Source of the DNA: Paraspadella gotoi
Taxonomy: Eukaryota > Animalia > Chaetognatha
Assembly: GCA_051294375.1 (NCBI GenBank)
Contig: CM119269.1
Coordinates: forward strand, 12,494,790 to 12,558,789
Direction of reading: 5' to 3'
DNA length: 64,000 nt
Shown here: piece after piece, positions 35,901 through 48,700 of the stretch
Layout: every line of letters starts with the position of its first letter
Position numbering within the stretch: the stretch's first letter is position 1
Notes under the pieces: generated by a model
Told to the model about the DNA's origin: nothing
Database searches by the model: none
What the model saw: only the letters and a program-made list of their open reading frames with translations
Program-made: the position numbers and the translations under genes

Positions 35901-38900
35901 TTTATTAAAGTTTGTTTTCGTTTACAAAAAACTAAATTTGAATGATAACAAGAGGGAAATTTTCGACTCTTTTTTTGAGCTTTTTTCATATTTAAAACCC
36001 TAAACGCAACGAAATAGAAATTACTTTATGAAATTGGTACAACCAATATAAAAATTATACATTCATTTAATAAACAAGCTATCTTGCCCCTGACTTTGGA
36101 TAGACTTTGGTGGTTTAAGGCCTCCATCACTCTTACAAGATAATAACATTACAAGCTTTCAATCAAGACTCTCTCAGTCTTGTTTATTCACTTATATATA
36201 TATTCACTTCATTTATATATTAGTAATATGATAGGATTCGTTTTTGTTCGAATGTCATTAATTGAAAAAAAATATATCAAATGGGCGAACATATGATAAA
36301 TTCATAAAAAAAAAATTAAAAAAAAAAGGAAAAAATTCAGCCAGATGCTAAAGACGACAGACAAAAGTAAGACGACGATTACTCGAACTTACTTGAGGCT
36401 CAAAGATTCCATGGATTTGGTGAGTAGGACTACTTCCGCCATGTCGGATTCGTTCGAGTCCTCGCTGTGCCGCAACGCCGATCTGATTTTTTTTTCCAAG
36501 TTCGTAAAGATATAAAATACTAAGCCCCGAGGGGGTCTTCCAGAGGTTTCAACGATTTTGATGGGTGCCATATTTTCCCCCAAAACGCCTTCATCGTATA
36601 TTCGGAATTAAGTTAAGGTTAACAATTAGGGATAAGTATTAAGTTGGTTATGAATAAAGTTAGGTTCAGGGTTCATGGTTAAAGAATATGGATAGGGATT
36701 AGGTTAAGGATTATGGTTCGGTTAGGGTTAGAGATTATGTTATCGGTCTGCTTATTAGAGTGGAGCACTGGGGAACATAAATTTTGTTTGAGTGAACAAG
36801 CTATTTAGACGTGAGATAGTATGATTAAGTAGTAAAAAAAATATTTTGTTTATATTGTTTGAGGAACAGTATCATTAATTACAATATATTTATAATAATA
36901 TTTTAACTGCCTAAACAACAACAACCACAATAACAATAACTTTATAACTCGATTACCAAACCGTTTAGTGGTCAGTTAAAACTGACCAGTAACCAGTTAA
37001 TCTTTACAACCAGTCCTCACAATATCCTTAAAAAATACTAAAATTTTTTATTAAAAATTCTGATTCTTCATAAAAAGTAAGAACAAAAATATAAAAAATA
37101 TTATTAAAAATTATAATATTTTTAGTTTTAAAAATGGAAAAAAGGTTAAATTTTTTTTTTACTCTCTGTAGTAAAAACTATTATATGATGAAACGTTTTA
37201 ATCATTTTTCACAGCTTTAACCTAAAAATATCATAAAACTATGGTGGACTAAAATCCACCAACCTTTCATCAGTGGCCATTGGTGCCGGAGGCAAGTCAT
37301 TCGCCTCCCAACCCAAAGGTCCGGGGTTCTCGCTGGGTGGTCGCCTAGCAGTTAAGAGGGACGGGGCGCTTAACCCGCCTGTAACACGGTGTTACAGTCT
37401 GATCCGAAGCTTAGGGACTGCTTACATTGAATAGTTCTGTCATTAACATATAACAATAATTACTGTCTCTTCAAAACCTATTTTAAAAAAGTTTTTTAAT
37501 TTTTTCCGGCGAATCCAAAATTGTTCTTAAAATTAAAAAAATATATATGATTTTGAAATTTTATAATTTTTAAAAGATATTACTGTAAAAAAATTAATTT
37601 ATAATACTGTTATACAAATTTATTTTTAAAAAAAGTTTAATTGTTTTTATTACATATATAAAAGCAGCAAAAAAATATTAGATTACGAGAGAAGAGTAGC
37701 AAGAGGATCCGAAAAGAGAGAGAGAGAGAGAATTATTTTTCATTGCCTTCTTTTTAAACTGCAAAACAACATAGAAAACATAAAAATCCCGAAAATATGC
37801 CTAATATTGAAACAGAACATAAACCATTGGAACTTGGAATTATTTACTACTTTATGCAAATAAAATTTATGATCTCATTTAGAAATATAATAAGAAAATG
37901 TGTTAGTGTTAGAGGCATACTTGTTCAAAGGGATCGTTTCCTGCATCTTTTGTGAGGAACTAATTGACTGATAACTTGGGGAGGGCGTCCTACTCGTGAA
38001 CGAAGTCAACTGCGTCACCGCGTACTCGTACGCCTCTTTGTCTTTCTCGCGCCATCTGGAAGGCGAAAACGGAAAAAAGAAACATTGATCATTGGGCCAA
38101 AAGAACCCGGCTGTTCTATTATAATAATCCCAAAAGATGGTTTAGAGCTTTAGAAAATTGTAGTATTTAACAATCGTATCGGGAACTACAAATAGTGAAA
38201 CACCCAAGAAATAATTTCCTCATTTACACAAATACATACAAAAACGTGCTTTACTACGCCTAAAAATTACTTGTGAGTCAGAGAAGTTGAGCCGAGGACG
38301 TTGACTGACTGACTGATTGATTTTCTGACTGACTGCTTGACTTATTTCTTAACTGACTGACTGAGTGATTTTCTAACAGCCCGACTGACCTGGCCATCGA
38401 TCGGCGACGATTCTTCGGTTTAGAGCAGACCAGCGCGTCCAGCGAGTCTTTGCAGGTGCTGCAACTTCGAACGGAAGTGTCGCTCATGTCTTCGCCGGTC
38501 TTCGTCCCATCGCTATCGGCGAATTTGATTATGATCTTCTTGCCTTCTTCCTCGTCCTCCTTTGAAGCGGACGATAGTTATATTAGTTTATGAAAACAGT
38601 TCATTCAATTATTAATTAAATAACTAATCATCGATACTTGATATAATAAACAGTTAATATTTAATAGTCTTTGCTTTTAAAAAGCGTAGCGAGGAAAATC
38701 ACGGACCACCAATCCCTAGTCACGTGAACAACGTCGTCATTATCGTCGTCATCATCTTCATCGACAGAATCACAATTATCAGGTGAGGAGCGAATTTGAA
38801 AAACAATTTGAGAACGATTGCATTTGATGAGCTCTTCCTACGACACGACGAAGCCAAAATTAAAATCACTGGCTAAGGATTTGTTACCTTAATCCCGGGC

Positions 38901-40080
38901 AGTGATTTCTATCGAGGAATTCAGCAAAAAAACCACTTTTTGCAATATTGCTAGAATATTACCTACAAAATTAATTAAATTTGAACCCGAAGACAAAGTG
39001 GGCTAGACTACGGATTAATTGAAATCATCTGCAGAATTTTCTAATCAAGAATCAATATCATTTTTGCTACTTTTAATTTAGGAGAAAAACAATTTGTTTT
39101 TAACAACGAATTGTATTATTGGTAATACATGTTTTGGAGAAAGCGATGCCTTTTTATTCACGTATAATTGTTTAGTTTCATTTAGATCGATATAATCATT
39201 TGTTTCCGTTGAATATCTGAATTTACTCTTCCCTGCGATCAGCTGTTATGTAAGCTAACGAACGAGCGTGTTTCAGTTTAATCTTTCACAAGTCTTTTAC
39301 TCTCAATTCAAACACGTGTGTAAAAATGAAAAGGAAATACTTTAAATAATGTTTTGTACTACTTACTGCCAATGTTTTATTCTCTATTCTTGGGAACCCA
39401 AATTGAAGGTTAGTTTACATTGGAATTTATATTGAATTGTACTTAGGTTATATATGTTACTTATAAGTTTAAGGTTTAAAGTTATTTATACTAATTTAGC
39501 ATTGTCTATTTTTTGTAGTTTTAACCCTCACACTTCCTCTCCTTGAACACCACCTCCTTCTTGCTACCTGTCCTTCTACATTGCTTACATGAATATTTTG
39601 TGCCTGAGATTGGAAATTGTATTATCTCAAAATGTGGTTACTATTTCTGCTTTATTACATGGTTCTAAGAATATAAGGTTATAGTTAAGGTGTTTTACAT
39701 GTTAGAACTGTTTGGTTTCCAAAGATACTTATTTGAGAGCAGTTGAACACGGATTTGAATTCAATAACTAATTAGGGGCACAAATTAGGGCACTCTAGAA
39801 GAATAGAGATGAAACTTAGATTTGTTTATTTGCGATAATCTTGGATTATCTAGGTCGCGCGTTGAGAAGCGCTTCATGTTTCGACTCTTGAGTTTTAGAG
39901 TCTTCATCAGTTATGACAATCAATATTTTTTACTCTTTAACATTAGGTTAGAGAGAGAGAGAGAGAGAGAGACAGAAAAAAAGAGGGAGTTTTCAACAAA
40001 GAATTGAGCAAAGGACAGTGGTCAGATATGAGGACAGGTGAAGGTAAGATCAGGGGAAGAAGTAAGTTGGGTGAAATTTG

Positions 40081-40117
<37 letters not shown>

Positions 40118-42314
40118 AGACAGGGTAAGAGAAAATCTTTACATTTTTGTAATGTATAACAATGATAGAGAAAAAAAAAACAATGGCTACTTTTAATAAA
40201 AAAAAAATTATGTCCATTTTTGTCCATTTTGACTTTTGTCTTGAGATTTAAATGACAAGATGGTTTGAGAAAATTTTTTTATTTCGCTTTTCAGGTCCTT
40301 GTTATCTTCCTTACCTCTGAGTCAGTTCATATTCAATTGAAAATCTATTGTTTGCCTTTGAAATAATTTTAAAATTGACTAGTCAAAAACTCACATTTTT
40401 AGTTTTTATTACAATTTGTTAAACAAAAATAGAAAGATTTTTATACATTCAGTATGATTTAAGTTTAAAAAAATTAGTGAGAAGGAGCAAAAGATAAGAG
40501 AAGCAGAGTATGGGTATGGGTAAAAAAAAGGGGTAGGGAGAGGGAGAACAAGTGAAAAAAAATTATTATATGGGGAGAAGATGGAGAACGAGAATGACCA
40601 AGAGAAAAGAAAAAACAAGAAAGAAGAAAGAAAGAGAATCAGAGAGGGAGAGAAAAGCAGAGATAGAGCGGAAGGGAAATAAAGGTAAAGGAAGAAAAGA
40701 ATGGATGACACAGATAATTATGAGGAGAGAAAAGTAAGAGAAAGGGAGAGAGACAGAGAGAAAGAGAAAGGGACAGAGAGAAAGTTCAAAAGAGAAGTAG
40801 AAAAAAAAGAAAAAAAGTTTTATACGATAGCATGCCGTTTTTTTGCCTAAGCAATAGTATATCTAAAATACGTGACAGATCTTACGAGCAATTTAATCTC
40901 TAAAAGTTAGTCTTACCATGAAAAATCGTTTTTAGTTTCTTCTTAATTAAGGCTGATACCGTATTTGGAATGATCGTCGTAAAAGAAATCATGTCTTACC
41001 GTATTTTGAAAGCATAGAAATTCACCCAGTGACTTCTATTTTATAAAGAGAAGATAACTATAGCCACCCGTTTTGTTAAATAAAGGGTGTTTCATATTTA
41101 TCAGTGGGAAAAAAAGAAATAATAGTTAGTAAAGTTCCAAATTCATTGTTAAAAATACCCGAACAGAAATCACTGCCCCCGACTCTATAATTCACTTTGT
41201 CGGTCCGTCGGTCCGCCCCCTCAATCTAGTCGGGCATTCACTTATATCATGTCAGAACATCGAATTTTGATAAATTATGCAAAAAAACGATGTCAGTCCG
41301 TCTGTCTGTCTGTCCGTCAGTCCGTCCGTCCGTCCATCCGTCCGTCCGTCACACCTTAGCAAAAAACACCAATTACTCGTGATTGGATGGATGGATTGGA
41401 ATGAAATTTTGTGTGTGGGTAGGGAAGTGTGTGATTGAGCTGGATATGAAGTTTCGATGGAATCGTCCAAGTGGAAATGAGTTTAAATGGAAAAAACAAA
41501 AAAATATATTTCATTATTTGAACACCAATAACTCATGAATGGATAGGGCGATTGACTTGAAATTTTGTATTTGGGTAGAAAGGTGTGTGATTAAACTGGA
41601 AATCAAGTTTCGATGGAATCGTTTGAGTGGAAAAAACAAAGAACCTGATTATGCTTTTTTTTTAAATTTTAAATGTAAATACAAGATGTATTAATTAATC
41701 AAAAAATTAATCAGTTAATTAATCAATTAGTCAATTAATTAATCAATAATTAATTAATCGGTCAATTAATCAAAACAAACATTTTGGATCAAATTAATTA
41801 ATTAATTGCCTAATAAATTAAATAATTAACTTGAATTAATTAATTATTAATTAAATAATTAATTAACTTAATTAATTAATTTATAATTAATTAATTAATT
41901 CCCGATAATGATCGTGGGCAGATCCGACATTGTTTGCTCAAACTTGTTTATTCCCTGATCTGTCTTGTTTGGTATAATTTTTGTATTTTCTGAATTGCCT
42001 AGTCTGATATGATTTCTCTTGTTTGAACTGATCTGTTTCGTCTGCTCTGAACTGTTGTCTGATCTCATATGTTTTGTCTGATTTTATCGGTTTTGTCTGA
42101 TCTCATCGGTTTTGTCTGCTCTGATCTGTTTTGTCTGCTCTGATCTGTTTCGTTTGATCTGATCTGTTTCGTCTTCTTTGATCTGTTTTGTTTGATCTGA
42201 TCTGTTTCGTCTGCTATAAACCGCCTCATCTGACCTTCTGCTTCTCCGCTTCCAAAAGTTTTAGTCGCTCCAAGATTTTTTGGCGTTTAAAGTCGGCGCC
42301 CAAATCGTGAACGC

Positions 42315-42356
<42 letters not shown>

Positions 42357-43778
42357 TGATGAGGAGGGGGGGGAGATAATTCTTCAACGAGTGTCTCTAA
42401 CTTGAACAAAAAAAATATCACTTTTTATATTAAATCGGTTTTAAACGTTCTCCGTAGTTAATAATAAAATAACCGTTTGATGGTGAAATAATTTATGAGA
42501 TGAATATTTTTTATTAGCACATTGTGGCAACAACAACACGCGACCTCACCAGATCAAGAACTCTGGTCGAACTCTCTCTTTATCTTTCACCAAGGGTCAT
42601 CAAGGGTCATCAAGGGTCACCAAGGGTCATCATTGACTCTCTCCCGGCTGTCCTCTGCTGGTTCCTTTGTCAAGTTTACTGTTTTAGACTTGTTGATTTT
42701 TGTATATTTTTTTATTGGAGAATAAATCATTCTCGATCGGAACCAATTGCCACAACATGTCATTAATTATTAATTAAATAAATTATTAAGAAAATTTTGA
42801 CTTTTTAACATTAGAAATTCATTATCAACTCACCTGAGGTTGAGCGCGACTTTTGATGTGTGAAGGCCAGACCATTGACGGGTTCCATCGCTGAAATATG
42901 GGGAAGGATTATTTAGTCGCTTTCAACGGTAATTTTTAAAAAAAAATATTAGGTTTTTCTAAATCCACCCGAAAAATCCTTCAGATTCTGAACGTGAAAA
43001 TTAAAAAATAAGTAATTTATTTACTAATCCCATCCTCTAATCCCAACCTTTAATCCCATCCTCTAATCCCATCCTCTTATACCAACCTCTAATCCCATAC
43101 TCTAATCCCATCCTCTAATCCCATCTTCTTTCCAACCTCTAATCCATACTCTAATCCCAACATCTTATCCCAACCTCTTATCCCATCCTCTAACCAACCT
43201 CTAATCTTATCCTCTAATGCCAACCTCTAATCCCATCCTCTTAATCCCAACCTCTAATCCCAACCTCTAATCCCATCCTCTAATCCCATCCTCTAATTCC
43301 ATACTCTAATCCCAACCTCTAATCCCATCCTCTAATCCCAACCTCTTATCCCAGCCTCTAATCCCATACTCTAATCCCATCCCAACCTATCGTCACTTTC
43401 TTCGCTTCCCAAAGAATTATTTTTTCTTGAGCTCTTCTTCTTCTTCCCCATCGATCCCCACAGAGTGGGTCGCGACTGCCGGACGAGCTCCTCGTCCGGC
43501 GCCGGATCCGGCGGCTCCGGCTTCGGCGGTTCCCAGCCGAGTTTCCGGCCCTGGAGTAGATATCTCCAAATGAAATTCGCAATTCTAACCTTCTCTATCT
43601 TTGAATAAATATGGAGTCGTCACGCTTTTTTACCATTGAAAATTGTAAAAGTGTGTAACCATAGGAATAGTTTCCTTAACCGTTAATTTTTCTAAAACGA
43701 CTTTTTTAACTGCACTAATATTTGGTTATCATCGCATCAATAATTGGTTATTATCGCATCAATAATTGGTTATCATCG

Positions 43779-43815
<37 letters not shown>

Positions 43816-45419
43816 ATCAATCAATTACTATTTCATCAATCAATTACAATTATATCAATCAGTTACTATTACATCAATCTATTAATATTATGTCAATCAA
43901 TTACGATTACATCAATCAATTACTATTACATCAATCAATTACTTTTACATCAAACAATTACAATTACATCAATCAATTACTATTAGATCAATCAAATGCT
44001 ATTAAATCAATCAATTGCAGTTACATCAATCAATTACTATTACATCAATCAATTACTATTATCCAAAAAGAGCCGGTAGGACTTTGCAACCGAGCACCTC
44101 CTCCTCATCATTCTCTTCCTCCCCTCCCTTCCTCCTCCACCCGAGCACCTCCTCCTCATCATTCTCTTCTCCCCCTCCCCCCTCCTCCGGGGATTCAGGG
44201 TCGAGCCCAGGGTTTAGGTTTCTCACTCACGTCTCCTCTCTCTTTCCATCTCCCGGTCCTCTCCCATTCGGCCTTTTTTACTCCCTCTTTCGCCGTTTTT
44301 ATTAGTCGCTTACGATATACATTTTTATCCACCATTTACCTCGTCCTTACTTACCTAGACTCAGTCAACCTTACCCATACATGGCGCCCATGACATCGCT
44401 CGAACCCCTTAATCACGAAAAAACCCCGCTGAGTCCTGTGCTCATTACCCACTTTGCAACAAAAAAATAAATAACCTTAGCTTCGGAACCCAAAAACAAT
44501 TCAATAAATCCCTGCCCAGTCTTTTCCTCACACTTACTCTTCCTCACGTTTTGCCAAATTTTTCTCCGCACCCTTGCTATTAATGGCTATTACATCAATC
44601 AATTACTATTACATCAATAAATTATTATTACATCAATAATTCGTTATCGCATCAATCATTCGTTTTTTTTTCCGGATTTTTTCATTAATTTTCTTTGATA
44701 ATAAAGATTTTTTTGGTATTATTAAAGTAATTTTAAAATGTATACATTTTCGTTTAAGCAAGTGCTTAATTATAATTTTTAACTCACCTTACTGAGATCG
44801 GCTACCCCTACCTGGAGATAAAGAAGTTCCACGGGTTGGCGGTGTTCCCTGTAGACGTAGACATAACCGCCCATAGATCGGAGTCGCCCTTGCTTAAGCA
44901 GACGACCGGGCGGAAGTTTTCGAGGCGAGCAGGGTTCGTCGTCGATTAAAGGTTGGGGCTCGTCTGGAAGGGGGGGAGAGGGGAAATAAAAGGGGGGAGG
45001 GGGAAATAAAAAAAGAGGGGGAAATTCACTGTTGCTTCGTTCTTGATTGAGACTATTGGATACAAAATGCTTGGCAAATATAGCAATGAATAACAATGAA
45101 TATAGCAAAGAAAATATTAAAATTATCAATTCATTCATTCTTTCATTCATTCATTCATTCATTCATTCTGCAGCATCAATGACTCCGACAACATCAAAGG
45201 ATCAAAGAGAGAGAAGATTGGCACCCAAGACACACATCATCATCGACTCAGGAAGGAAAGAAAACCTGCGGTGAACGGATAGACGGGTCTTCCGTTGGGC
45301 GACCTCGTCCAGCGACTCGCCGGTCTGAAGTCCTGCTCGCCCAACACCACCGGACGAGCGCATTGAGAGGCTGGGTCCTGAGGAATCTCGTAGCGGTGAC
45401 CTTTTTGGCAGCAGGGCAT
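32952..45419 (-). CDS. Uncharacterised protein; exons ~45419-45269, 44963-44788, 43599-43388, 42891-42833, 42313-42235, 38559-38388, 38056-~37980, 36481-36393, 33083-32952
   Basis: GC-rich exons chain mostly in phase: MPCCQKGHRYEIPQDP...GYVYVYRE...IANFIWRYLLQGRKLGWEPP...KIRFASEE...APRRL*. One junction near 37980 is unresolved. Confidence 0.6.
33411..35827. mobile_element. Non-autonomous TIR transposon, copy A (GGCAGTGATTTCTAT ends, TSD tttt)
   Basis: 15-bp TIRs, with subterminal ~350 bp shared with copy B in the opposite orientation. Confidence 0.85.
37240..37473 (+). mobile_element. SINE family A, copy 2
   Basis: Reverse complement of 5167-5398 with scattered substitutions. Confidence 0.8.
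38898..41177. mobile_element. Non-autonomous TIR transposon, copy B (TSD cccg)
   Basis: Same TIRs as copy A, with cccg at 38894-38897 and 41178-41181. Confidence 0.85.
42025..42215. repeat. ~20-bp minisatellite (tctgatctgtttcgtctgc)
   Basis: Degenerate tandem units. Confidence 0.85.
43025..43388. repeat. 13-bp minisatellite (taatcccaWcctc)
   Basis: About 28 tandem units directly after a splice donor. Confidence 0.95.
43727..44062. repeat. ~21-bp minisatellite (tacatcaatcaattactat) plus (CTA)n; resumes at 44588-44660
   Basis: Degenerate tandem units. Confidence 0.9.
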
Positions 45420-45797
45420 TTCGATTTTTCGTGCGAAAAAAAAAGGCGGAGAAAAAAAAGTTTGACTTAATATTTTTATTCAGCTTAAGGACCGATATTA
45501 TGCGATTTTTTTTTAACAATATGTAAAAAAATTAAGATAATGTCTGAAGCTGACGCTACTACTGTAAACCGTTTAGAAATAATAACAGTTCGTTTTCTTC
45601 ATCAAGTTTATTCATTGTGTAAAAAAAAAATTCATAAAGACCAAAAAAAAACAACTTTTCCCCATTTTTAAAAGTATTCTCATTGCGCCATTTTGATTAT
45701 CCCCATCGTCTTCTGGTTTCCTCTCAGTTCCTAACACTTCTGTGTCCATTCGAACTCTTTCTGTCCTTTTCCCCTTTCTATCCCCTTCTATCTCTTT

Positions 45798-48700
45798 CTA
45801 TCCTTGTCCCAATCGAGTCCCGCAGGAGTCGCCACCGAATCCCGTCGCGCAATGGCACTTTCTGTTCTTCCCATCATTGGTGACCGTGCAATTGGCTCCG
45901 TTTAGACAGGGCGTTGTCGCGCAGGCCGACGGTTTCTCGCAAGTTTTGCCCGTCCACTTTTCCGAGTCACAATCGCATCTAAATTAAGCAGAAGGAAAAG
46001 TGTCATTTCCTTGAGTCGGGATACATGAAGGAGTTATTATTATTATTATTATATTTATTTTATTTATTTTGTTATTATCCAAAAAAAGAGTCAGTAACGA
46101 TTAACTAAATGAAGTACAATGCAATGGACCGGCAACGTTAGTGACGTATTACAAGAAATCAGATAAAATGACGTGGAAAGCTATATTCATTTATTATTTG
46201 AGTATAATTTTGTCATTAAATGCTCTTTTAGCATTATATTCGCCTTAAGTTTTTCATCTCGGATTAATTTTTTTACGTCTTTTTAGCCATAGCAATTTCC
46301 GAAATTGGTAAGTTGATCTTCTTCTTCGGCAAAATTAGTAAGTTGTATTGTATTTTATATACTGCAATTATTTCATTTTTTTTTTAATTACGCGTTAGAT
46401 AAATATTTATTTGATAAAATAGTTTTATTATTATTATTATTATTAACGAGCCTAATATACAAGAACCGAACTTGAAACTCCGTATCTTCTTTCCATTTTG
46501 AATTCTTGTCTCCGGTTCGCATGTTCCCCCATTAAGACAAGGGCGCGATTTACACGGAGACTCAATGTCGCAGGTTTCGCCGACGTAATTTTGTTTGTCG
46601 CAGTTGCATCTGAGTTTATATTGAGGAAGAGTTTTATCTGGGTAGGGTTATAGTATAATTCTTTTGTGAACTTAAAATCCTGGTATCAAAGAGACAGAAG
46701 TAATTGTTTAATGTTAATGTGTCTTAGCTTCGTTTAAGTCAATGAAATTGGTACAACCAATATAAAAATTATCCATTCATTTAATAAATAAGCTATCTTG
46801 CCCCTGACTTTGGACAGGCTTTGGTGGTTTATAATTATGGTTTATAATTCGTCTTCTGTAGCAATGTTTTACTCCGCTGACAAACGACTGATGGGCTTTG
46901 ACCGCGGAAAGTCAGATTTTTAGCCACCATAATTTAAAGATGATGATAGAAATAACCAGACATCCAAATTGAAGAGATAAAATGTAAGAAAATGTCGCGT
47001 TCTCATTTCATACCAACCGGTAAGTCCTTTCGCCGAACTTTTCCATCAGAACACAAGTTCCGTTGTGCTTGCAAGGATTCGACCAACACAGATTCTCTTC
47101 TTTACACAATTTGCCCATGTACTATATACATTCGAAATAGACATTAACAACATTAGCAGCAGAGCGGATCCAACCGTTTCCTAACCTTTATCGAGCAATT
47201 ACAGGCGAATGACCCATTTCCGAAAGGAGTGCAGTGGGATTTGTGGTAGCATGGATGGTTGTGACAACCGTTTGGGTAACCACAGAACTAAAATGGAGAG
47301 AAGATGGAGTAAGACATCCATCCGATCCTTTTGTAGGGCATAATTTTACTTTCGCCCACAGGAACCTACCCAGTTGGTTATTCTATTCGCATATATAATT
47401 TTAAGGAATTTGGGTGAATAGGGGTAGTCAAGAGTTAATGGTAGTTAAGGGTGGTTAGGGTCAAGGGTCATTAGGGTTGGGGGTGGTGAAGGTTAAGGAT
47501 AGTTAGGGGAGGTTAGGATCGGGAGTGGTTACTGGTTAGGGTTAAGGGTAGTTTTTAAAAATGTTATTGCATTATTACCAATATCTTTTTTCAAGTAATA
47601 CAATTTTCATACATTTTTGCTCGTAAGAAGCGAAAAAAAAAAATCCTAAACTGTAAACGAAAAATTGTTCTCTTTCGCAAAATGTTGAACCTACATCTCC
47701 GTGATATTGAGGCGGACAATTGCACTTAGCCTTTCCGTTTTCCTCTTCACAGTTTCCCCCGTTTTTGCAGATCTTCACTTCGCAAGGACTTAGTTTCTGT
47801 TAACAAATAAAATCGTCTTTACTCTTTAATCTCTATTTACTTTATTTTATTTCTCAAGAAATGGTACCAGAAACATTGTTTTGGCGAAATATTTGCCCCC
47901 GAATCAAACATATATGCACAATGTTTATATTGTTTAATATTAATTACCGAACAGTATTTTGTATTCTTAGAAGATCGAAAATTAAGATACATAAAAAAGC
48001 GTCATACGGATCTTTGTATCGATCGATCACGTGACATGAGTATCCTTGTCGGTTTCGTTCTCATTTCCTTTTTATTCTGCGCGGCCGAAGCGACGCGGAA
48101 GGTGAGACAGAGATATTCTGCGACGCTCCGAAATTCTAAGACTTTCTCTGATTGATCATTTGTTTTCCGTAAGCTTAATTTCATACCTCACTCTAACATC
48201 ATCTTTAATGTTAAAAAGTTTCATTTATTTCCAGGAGATCGCTTGATCACTCAAATGAGAAACTGGTGCGTCTCTAGTACATTAAATACCAACTAATAAA
48301 TGATAGAAGGCTAAAAGATGATTGATAGCCTAAAACTGAATCATCCATCGCGACCATATCCTCCTCCACCCTCAATTCCAAGGATTCCGCGCAGATGGTG
48401 GACGCATTGCATCATTTCCTCATTGGTCGACTCTTGAAGGAAGAAGCCGACGTCGACGCTGAAGAAATTGGTAGATGGAACGAGGGTCGAGCCGGAGATC
48501 ACCACGCCCTCGATCGGGGTGAGTCTTCACCAATCTCTTGATCAGGGTGAGTCGTCACCAATCCCTCGATTGGGATGAGTCATCATGAAGCCCTCGATCG
48601 GGGTGAGTCATCACCAATCCCTTGATTGGGGTGAGTCATCACCACACCCTCAATTGGGGTGAGTCATCACCAATCCCTCGATCAGAGTGAGTCATCACCA

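Noticed and set aside
43025-43388. True telomere array
   Set aside because: The unit is 13 bp, not TTAGGG, and the array is internal and intronic.
43722-44393. 223-aa ORF with INQLLLHQS repeats
   Set aside because: Translation of an intronic 21-bp minisatellite, with no ATG or splice support.
45180-45250. C/D snoRNA on the minus strand (GATGATGA)
   Set aside because: No suitably placed D box or recognisable guide.
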